A DNA stretch of 64,000 bases, from positions 193,841 through 257,840 of the forward strand of contig CAZWKL010000001.1 in NCBI GenBank assembly GCA_964633875.1. The letters are read 5' to 3'. A program made the translations under genes and the position numbers. The number at the start of each line of letters is the position of its first letter. Positions within the stretch are counted from its first letter, which is position 1. This DNA comes from an uncultured Pseudomonadales bacterium (GTDB taxonomy: Bacteria > Patescibacteriota > Microgenomatia > UBA1400 > PJMF01). The notes beneath the pieces were generated by a model. It had not been told where the DNA came from. It searched no databases and worked only from the letters and a program-made list of their open reading frames with translations. Below, in pieces: positions 57,835-64,000 of this stretch.

Positions 57835-59835
57835 ATGTGGTTTATGTTCAATTTTTCTACTGCTCAAATACCATTGCTGAAAAGAAAAAAGGCAGTTCCT
57901 GATACTGATGGAGTAGACACCAAAGCAACTGCGCTGGCAATGGATGGCACACTCAAATTACCCTGGTATCGCCGGCTAAGCAAACTACAAATTGGTCTGC
58001 TGGCAGGAGTAATAATTTTACTAACCGCCCTGATTACCATTGGTATTTTTACTTATGTGATAGCTAAAAACTTGTCCGTCCAAGCAAGAGAGGCCGAATT
58101 TACTGCCATGGAGGCTTATGACGCCTTTAAAGGCCAAAATCTGCCTTTAACAGAGGAAAAACTTTTGGTTTTGGATGCTCAACTGCAGGATTTTACTACT
58201 ACCTACAAACAGCTTTCCTTCTATAAATTTGTGCCTTTTGCCAAAACTTACTATCTTGACGGTGAGCATGGTTTGAAAGCAGCCGCGGCAGGTATGTCGG
58301 CTGGAGAAAAAGCCATCGCCGCCATTACACCTTACGCCGACGTGCTGGGCTTTACCGGCGAAGACTCTTTTGAAGGCGGCACTACCGAAGACCGGATTAA
58401 GGTGATTTTGGACACCATTGATTTAGTTATGCCTGTTTTCAATGATATGACTGCTGATCTGCAAATCATGGAACAAGAATTGCTTGAGATAGATCCTAAT
58501 GATTATCCTGAGTCTTTGGCGGGTAAACCGGTAAGACAATACGTCGAGCAAGTCCATGAACTAGCAAGCGGAGCAGTCACTGCTGTTACTGAGTACCGGC
58601 CAGTGATTGAGCAAATTCCTTACGTGGCCGGCGCCAATGGCGAAACCAGAAAGTACCTGATCTTGTTCCAAAACGACAACGAATTACGCCCCACCGGCGG
58701 TTTTCTTACCGCTTACGCCATTATTAATGTCACTGACGGGAAAGTTGAGGCTCAAAAATCTGATGACATTTACGAGCTTGATCAAAAATTCCGGGCTAAC
58801 TTGCCGATTCCGGAAAAACTCGGCAGGTACCTTACCTCGGAGCGGTACTGGAACTTGAGAGATATGAATGTTTCACCCGACTTCAAGTCTTCCATGGATA
58901 CTTTTTTTGAGAATTATCAAAACGTTCCTGGCGAACCCTCAGACGAGATTGATGGCATTATTGCTGTTGATACTCACTTTCTTACCAACTTACTCACCGT
59001 GTTGGGGCCGGTAGCAGTGCCTGGATACGGTACTTTTTCTTCAGAAATTGATCCGCGCTGCGACTGTCCACAAATCATTTACGTACTTTCCGAAATCATT
59101 ACCCGTCCCACTCCATACATGCGCGAGGACAGAAAAGGCATTCTTGGCCCGCTCATGAGCGCGATTCTCAGCAAAGCCTATGGTGCACCTAAACAACAGT
59201 GGCCCGATCTTTTCGCCACCGGTTTTGCCAGCGTGCAAAATAAACACGCTCAGTTCTACTTCCTTAATGACGACATTCAAAAAGCCGCTGAAACTGTTGA
59301 AGTTGCAGGCAGAATGCTTCCGGTCGAAAACTCAGACTTCTTGGCCATCATCAACTCCAACTTGGCCGGAGCAAAATCCAACCTCTTTATTAATTACGAC
59401 GTCAAACAAACCGTTGCCGAGCCTGAAAGCGGTTATATCACTAAAACTGTAGAAATAACCTACCGCAACACCCGCCGCGCTGACAACTGCAATCTTGAGG
59501 CCGGCCTGCTTTGCCTCAACGCCACTCTCAGAGACTGGACCAGAATTTATGTGCCCGCCGGCTCCGAACTGATTCAAGCCCAAGGTTTTTCCGAAGAACC
59601 GGAAACATACGAAGAAAGTGGCTTCACCGTCTTTGATGGCTTTTTCACCTTAGAGCCGCTGGCTCAAGCCAAGCTGGTCCTGACTTACAAAGTTCCTTAC
59701 TTAGACACACAAAATTATCGCTTGCAAATCTGGAAACAGGGCGGAATTGAATCTTACAAATCTCTGCTTGATGTTACTGGCGGCCAAGAAGAAGTCTGGG
59801 TGGAAAAAGACACCACCTATCAGGTTGTTTTCTAA
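57835..59835 (+). CDS. DUF4012-domain protein (N-terminal membrane anchor, large extracytoplasmic domain)
   Basis: N-terminal TM, then the YLILFQNDNELRPTGGFLTAYAIINV motif typical of DUF4012. Confidence 0.7.
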   Translation: MWFMFNFSTAQIPLLKRKKAVPDTDGVDTKATALAMDGTLKLPWYRRLSKLQIGLLAGVIILLTALITIGIFTYVIAKNLSVQAREAEFTAMEAYDAFKGQNLPLTEEKLLVLDAQLQDFTTTYKQLSFYKFVPFAKTYYLDGEHGLKAAAAGMSAGEKAIAAITPYADVLGFTGEDSFEGGTTEDRIKVILDTIDLVMPVFNDMTADLQIMEQELLEIDPNDYPESLAGKPVRQYVEQVHELASGAVTAVTEYRPVIEQIPYVAGANGETRKYLILFQNDNELRPTGGFLTAYAIINVTDGKVEAQKSDDIYELDQKFRANLPIPEKLGRYLTSERYWNLRDMNVSPDFKSSMDTFFENYQNVPGEPSDEIDGIIAVDTHFLTNLLTVLGPVAVPGYGTFSSEIDPRCDCPQIIYVLSEIITRPTPYMREDRKGILGPLMSAILSKAYGAPKQQWPDLFATGFASVQNKHAQFYFLNDDIQKAAETVEVAGRMLPVENSDFLAIINSNLAGAKSNLFINYDVKQTVAEPESGYITKTVEITYRNTRRADNCNLEAGLLCLNATLRDWTRIYVPAGSELIQAQGFSEEPETYEESGFTVFDGFFTLEPLAQAKLVLTYKVPYLDTQNYRLQIWKQGGIESYKSLLDVTGGQEEVWVEKDTTYQVVF

Positions 59836-59849
59836 GCTATACTAGAGGC

Positions 59850-60392
59850 ATGGACAGCCGCACACTTACCACTACGGGCATTGTGCTCAAACGCAAAAAT
59901 ATTGGTGAAACTGACCGCCTGGTTTCGTTGCTGACGGCTGATTACGGCAAAATCATGGTGGTAGCCAAAGGCATTCGCAAACTCAACTCTTCCAAAGGAG
60001 CCTACTTGGAGCCGGGCAATTTTGTGAAGGCCTTCCTAATCAACACCAAAAGTATGCCTCTGCTTACCCAAGCTATGCTTCTGGAAGATTGTGGCAGCAT
60101 GGAGCAATCACTGCCTAATTTACGCGCTCTCTCCCAACTACTGGAAATCTTTGAAAAACTTTTTGTGGAAGAAAAAATCGAACCTCACACCTATGCTCTA
60201 GTGCTCAAACTCAGAAAACAAATTATCACCAACCAAGTTTCGCCCAAACACATGCGGGCGTTGCTTGGCCAACTAATCAACTCTCTTGGCTACCAACATC
60301 CTCAGGAATCAAAGTACGATACCATCAGCGACTACATCAGCGCTCTAACCGACAAACCGATGAACAGTTATGAGTTCTTAATGGTAAAATAA
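59850..60392 (+). CDS. recO: DNA repair protein RecO (short form, lacks C-terminal Zn-binding region)
   Basis: GIVLKRKNIGETDRLVSLLTADYGKIMVVAKGIRK...LEPGNFV aligns with the E. coli RecO OB-fold (AFVLHSRPWSETSLML..GRVRLVAKGARS). The ORF ends after the LGY helix. Confidence 0.65.
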   Translation: MDSRTLTTTGIVLKRKNIGETDRLVSLLTADYGKIMVVAKGIRKLNSSKGAYLEPGNFVKAFLINTKSMPLLTQAMLLEDCGSMEQSLPNLRALSQLLEIFEKLFVEEKIEPHTYALVLKLRKQIITNQVSPKHMRALLGQLINSLGYQHPQESKYDTISDYISALTDKPMNSYEFLMVK

Positions 60393-60395
60393 CAT

Positions 60396-61817
60396 TTGAT
60401 GTCAGACACAACTGCGCCACCAACTTTAGAAAATATTGCTTCTTTGTGCAAGCGAAGAGGTTTTGTTTTTCCCACCTCTGAGATTTATGGCGGTTTAGCC
60501 AGCTCGTATGACTACGGACCGCTGGGATCAGTGCTGCTGCACAACATCCGCAATGCCTGGTGGCACGAATTTATCACTCTCCGCCCAGATATGGTAGGCC
60601 TGGATTCTCAGATTTTACTCCATCCGGAAACTTGGGTGGCATCCGGCCACGTCGACTCCTTTAATGATCCGATGGTGGAAGACACCGTTACTCACCTGAG
60701 GTATCGAGCCGACCACTTAATTGAAAAATGGCTTGAACAACAACGGCAGGCAGGTAAATTCGATTGGGAAAACCTGGTGGTTGAAGATTTGACCATCGAG
60801 GAAATGGCTGCTTTTATTGCTGAACACCAGCTGCAAAGTCCTGATGGTCACCCCGTTACTCCGCCCAAGTCGTTTAACTTGCTTTTCGAAACCGAGTTAG
60901 GCTCGGTGATGGGCGACAAAACCAAAGCCTATCTCAGGGGAGAAACGGCTCAAGGAATTTTTAGCAACTTCAAGCAAATCCTGGATTCTACCAGAGTGAG
61001 CATGCCTTTTGGCGCGGGGCAGATCGGCAAGAGTTTCCGCAATGAAATTACCACCGGCCAGTTTGTGTTTAGAACTTTAGAATTTGAGCAGGCCGAAATT
61101 GAGTATTTCTTCAACCCCGAAGAACAAAATTGGCAAGAGCTCTTCCAGATGTGGCAGGAGGCGATGTGGAATTTTGTCACCAAAACTTTGGGCATCAATG
61201 AAAAAAACCTGCAATGGCGCCAACACACCGATAAAGAACGCAGTCACTACAGCAAAGACACCTGGGACCTGGATTATAACTTCCCCTTTGGCTGGAAAGA
61301 ACTCTGGGGTGTTGCTTACCGCGCCGATTACGACCTCAAACAGCAACAAAACCATTCCGGGCACAATCTTGAGTACCGCGACCCTCACTCGGGCAAGACT
61401 TATCTGCCGCACGTGATCGAGCCGGCAGTAGGGATCAATCGTATTTTCCTGATGCTCATCACCGATGCTTACTGGGAAGACCAGGCTAACAACCGGCTAG
61501 TGCTCAAACTTAAGCCTGCTTTGGCACCTTACAAAGTGGCGGTTTTCCCGTTGCTCAAAAACAAGCCGGAGCTGGTCAATAAAGCCAAAGAAGTTTTTGC
61601 CAAATTAAGCCAAAATTTTGCTGCAGCCTGGGATGATCGCGGCAACATTGGCAAGCGATATTTGTACCAAGACGAAATTGGCACGCCTTACTGTGTGACT
61701 GTAGATTTTGAAAGTCTCACCGACAATACAGTCACTGTCAGGGACCGTGACACCACCAAACAGGAAAGAGTGCAAGTTTCAGAGTTGAAAGAGTACCTTC
61801 GCCAGAGAATGAGCTAA
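60396..61817 (+). CDS. glyQS: Glycine--tRNA ligase, dimeric alpha2 (GlyQS) type
   Basis: FVFPTSEIYGGLASSYDYGPLG, class II aaRS motifs (FRNEITTGQFVFRTLEFEQAEIEYF), and an anticodon-binding C-terminus. Confidence 0.9.
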   Translation: MMSDTTAPPTLENIASLCKRRGFVFPTSEIYGGLASSYDYGPLGSVLLHNIRNAWWHEFITLRPDMVGLDSQILLHPETWVASGHVDSFNDPMVEDTVTHLRYRADHLIEKWLEQQRQAGKFDWENLVVEDLTIEEMAAFIAEHQLQSPDGHPVTPPKSFNLLFETELGSVMGDKTKAYLRGETAQGIFSNFKQILDSTRVSMPFGAGQIGKSFRNEITTGQFVFRTLEFEQAEIEYFFNPEEQNWQELFQMWQEAMWNFVTKTLGINEKNLQWRQHTDKERSHYSKDTWDLDYNFPFGWKELWGVAYRADYDLKQQQNHSGHNLEYRDPHSGKTYLPHVIEPAVGINRIFLMLITDAYWEDQANNRLVLKLKPALAPYKVAVFPLLKNKPELVNKAKEVFAKLSQNFAAAWDDRGNIGKRYLYQDEIGTPYCVTVDFESLTDNTVTVRDRDTTKQERVQVSELKEYLRQRMS

Positions 61818-61842
61818 AAACACCTCTACGCAGGTGTTTTTA
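61818..61842 (+). terminator. Rho-independent terminator after glyQS
   Basis: aaacacct-ctacgc-aggtgttt hairpin followed by a T-run (ttttta). Confidence 0.6.
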
Positions 61843-61897
61843 CCCTCTGGTCAAGAAAATGTAGCTTTTGCTAAAATATTTGAGACTGAGGTGAAAC

Positions 61898-62713
61898 ATG
61901 AATATGAAAAAAAATAAAAAGCTACTCGCCGGTATCGGCGCTTTGGTAATCTTAGTGATTGCCGGCGGCATCTTTGCCTACACTCAGCTCACCAAAAAAC
62001 CTGCGACAACTGAGGGCGCGGAAAAAAGGAAAATTGCCGAGCCTCTCAACGTTATCCCCATAGCTGAGAGGCCTTACTTGCAAATAGCACCAGTGGCTGA
62101 TGGCAGAAATATTCAGATCATTGTCAAAGAACTGAAAAAACCAGCCAACAACATGGAGTACGAACTAGAGTACCAGTCAGGCACGCTGCTACAAGGCATT
62201 TTCGGCTTACTTGATCTGAGCACCATTCCTGCCAGTGTTACTGAGTTGATGGGCAGTTGCAGCGCCGGTGGCGCCTGTACCTACCACGAAGATATTAAAG
62301 GCGGCACTTTGCTCACCAGATATGAAGGGCCAGAAAATTATGCGCTGAAATCTGACTGGAAATACTTTAACAATGTCGGTAGAGAAACCGAAATTAGTTC
62401 GAAAGATGCTAAATTTCAATTAAATTCCAGCGCTCTCTCGACTATTCGTTACCTGGTGATCTTCAATACCGCGGGCTACCCCGAGGGTCTGGAAGGACAG
62501 CTGGTATCTGAGATTTACTCTTTTGCCACCTCCGCCAATGTTTTATCTGGCACCGGCACCTTAACTATGCGGGCCGCAGAGGAGGGGGAGTTGAAAATCA
62601 TGGGCTGGAACGGCACTGAGTGGGTGGAATTTGCAGGCGAGATTGATCCTGAAGATCCTAAAATGATCAGTGCTGAGGTTGAACTGATGGAACTTTATCT
62701 GGTAGTCAAATAA
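61898..62713 (+). CDS. Hypothetical N-terminally membrane-anchored secreted protein
   Basis: MNMKKNKKLLAGIGALVILVIAGGIFAY signal-anchor. No recognised domain. Confidence 0.5.
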   Translation: MNMKKNKKLLAGIGALVILVIAGGIFAYTQLTKKPATTEGAEKRKIAEPLNVIPIAERPYLQIAPVADGRNIQIIVKELKKPANNMEYELEYQSGTLLQGIFGLLDLSTIPASVTELMGSCSAGGACTYHEDIKGGTLLTRYEGPENYALKSDWKYFNNVGRETEISSKDAKFQLNSSALSTIRYLVIFNTAGYPEGLEGQLVSEIYSFATSANVLSGTGTLTMRAAEEGELKIMGWNGTEWVEFAGEIDPEDPKMISAEVELMELYLVVK

Positions 62714-62740
62714 CTTTTTCATTTCTAAATTACAATGCAA

Positions 62741-62768
62741 ACAGGGCTTATCAACAGCCCTGTTTTTT
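62741..62768 (+). terminator. Rho-independent terminator
   Basis: acagggct-tatcaac-agccctgt hairpin followed by TTTTTT. Confidence 0.6.
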
Positions 62769-62892
62769 AATCTTCATATAATTTTCTATAAGATAGTTGT
62801 TTTCGGATTAACTTTGTCTTTACAGCCCTGATTGCTACTGTCATACTAGCTTTAATTCTAAATGGAAGAAAATGGAGAATAAGCTTATATAA

Positions 62893-63324
62893 ATGTTCAT
62901 CGGCAAATATTATCACAAACTAGAAAGCAATGGCAGGATCGCCTTACCCAAAAGCTTTCGCGATGAACAAAACGACTGGGTAATTACTCGAGGACTGGAT
63001 GGTAGCTTATTTCTCTTCTCGGCGGAGAGCTTTGCAACAGAAGTTGCCAAATTTGAAGCTCGCTCTTTTACAAAAAAGATTAATCGCGATTTTGTTCGTC
63101 TAATGACCAACGAAGCGCAAAAGGTGGGTGTGGACAAAAACGGTCGAGTGCAACTGCCCGAGTACTTGATTGAGTTTGCTCAATTACAAAAAGATATTGT
63201 CATTGTTGGCAGTTTGTCCCGGGTGGAAATCTGGGACCGCAATCGCTATCACCATTATCTTGACGAAATTGAGAATCAAGCAGAGGCAATAGCCGAAGCA
63301 TTAAGTGAAAGCGCCAATGAATAA
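62893..63324 (+). CDS. mraZ: Transcriptional regulator MraZ
   Basis: MFIGKYYHKLESNGRIALPKSFR ... GRVQLPEYL. Duplicated SpoVT/AbrB-like halves, directly upstream of rsmH. Confidence 0.85.
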   Translation: MFIGKYYHKLESNGRIALPKSFRDEQNDWVITRGLDGSLFLFSAESFATEVAKFEARSFTKKINRDFVRLMTNEAQKVGVDKNGRVQLPEYLIEFAQLQKDIVIVGSLSRVEIWDRNRYHHYLDEIENQAEAIAEALSESANE

Positions 63325-64000
63325 TCAACATCTTACTGTTTTACGAACCGAGGCAGTGGCTGCTCTCCAGATTCAGCCTGAACGCTGGTATCTTGACGCT
63401 ACTTTTGGCGGAGGCGGACACACCGCAGCTATCCTCAGTCAGGGTGGCAAAGTAATTGCTTTTGATTGGGATCAACAAGCCATCGCTGACGGCGAAGAAA
63501 AGTTCGCGACCGCAATTAAAGCCGGAAAGTTGATTTTAATCCGGGAAAGCTTCAGCAAAGTGGACACGGAAATCACCGCTCTCTTGGAAGCACAAAAAAT
63601 CAGCCCCATTGATGGTGCCCTTTTTGATTTCGGCACCAGCACGGAACAGCTTACTTCCAGCGACAGAGGTTTCAGCTTTGAAGGTGAAGGCAAGCTTGAC
63701 ATGAGAATGGACACCAGGCTTGGCGTCACCGCTGCGGATATTTTGCAAGCTATCCCTGAGGCTCAGTTGGCGCGGTTGTTTTTTGATTACGGCGGAGAAA
63801 CAGAGAGTAGAAAAATCGCTAAAGCTATTAAAAACTCACCCGAGCCAATTATCACCACTGGCCAACTCAGCCGGTTGATTGAAAAGGTCAAAGGCGGCAG
63901 GCGTGGCAAACTCCACCCCGCCACCAAAGTCTTTCAGGCTTTAAGAATCGCGGTTAATAGTGAGCTTGAGGAAATTGAGGCCGCCTTGCCTCAAACACTT
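63317..64000 (+). CDS. rsmH: 16S rRNA (cytosine1402-N4)-methyltransferase RsmH (MraW), 3' truncated by the window end
   Basis: DATFGGGGHT, SSDRGFSF..LDMRMD, HPATKVFQALRIAVNSEL. The start overlaps the mraZ stop. The frame is open to position 64000. Confidence 0.8.
   Translation, partial: MNNQHLTVLRTEAVAALQIQPERWYLDATFGGGGHTAAILSQGGKVIAFDWDQQAIADGEEKFATAIKAGKLILIRESFSKVDTEITALLEAQKISPIDGALFDFGTSTEQLTSSDRGFSFEGEGKLDMRMDTRLGVTAADILQAIPEAQLARLFFDYGGETESRKIAKAIKNSPEPIITTGQLSRLIEKVKGGRRGKLHPATKVFQALRIAVNSELEEIEAALPQTL

Noticed and set aside
62713-62893. I checked the 180-bp non-coding gap before mraZ for a tRNA or small RNA.
   Set aside because: No tRNA-like arms (GTTC/T-loop, acceptor stem) are visible. 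The content is explained by a terminator hairpin plus a probable mraZ promoter region.
1-64000. I looked for CRISPR repeats, rRNA, IS elements and integrases, especially at the edges of the AT-rich cassette.
   Set aside because: No direct-repeat arrays, transposase/integrase-like ORFs or rRNA-like segments are seen. The island boundaries are not marked by recognisable mobile-element genes.

Overview
This window is a dense, almost entirely coding stretch (about 65 genes, many with 1-8 bp start/stop overlaps) from a moderate-GC bacterial genome. The gene content suggests a small-genome, possibly CPR/Patescibacteria-like organism: a 180-aa RecO, a dimeric GlyQS-type glycyl-tRNA synthetase, DUF4012 and PTPS-related membrane proteins. 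Housekeeping anchors are trmD (304-951), ruvC-ruvA-ruvB (44232-46362), recO, glyQS, and mraZ-rsmH at the 3' end. Between them lie two very large cell-surface glycan biosynthesis regions, 953-44228 and 46382-59835. They contain: rmlB-rmlC-rmlD (dTDP-rhamnose); a UDP-glucuronate decarboxylase (UDP-xylose synthase); two GalE-like SDR epimerases; a GDP-mannose pyrophosphorylase; a DegT aminotransferase with a GNAT acetyltransferase; about 10 GT2, about 9 GT4 and about 7 GT-C-type (ArnT/PMT/YfhO-like) integral-membrane glycosyltransferases; a DPM1/GtrB-like polyprenyl-phosphate-sugar synthase; a PglC-like initiating phosphoglycosyl transferase; two Wzx flippases; a Wzy_C-family polymerase/ligase; an MsbA/PglK-like ABC exporter; an LCP ligase; and an LbH O-acetyltransferase. 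Inside this region, about 7 kb (about 24.4-31.6 kb) is visibly much more AT-rich and encodes a translationally coupled tailoring module (GNAT, three SAM methyltransferases, an ATP-grasp amidoligase, GT2/GT4). A HigB(Gp49)/HigA(XRE) toxin-antitoxin pair sits between two epimerase genes. I found no rRNA, tRNA, CRISPR array, transposase or integrase. The most interesting signal is an apparently polyprenyl-phosphate-sugar-dependent, extracytoplasmic (GT-C) glycosylation system of unusual size. It resembles actinobacterial Ppm1/Pmt/lipomannan logic but sits in a very different genomic context. It also carries a compositionally foreign sugar-modification cassette that includes an ATP-grasp enzyme. 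All calls are from reading motifs by eye. No database searches were run.
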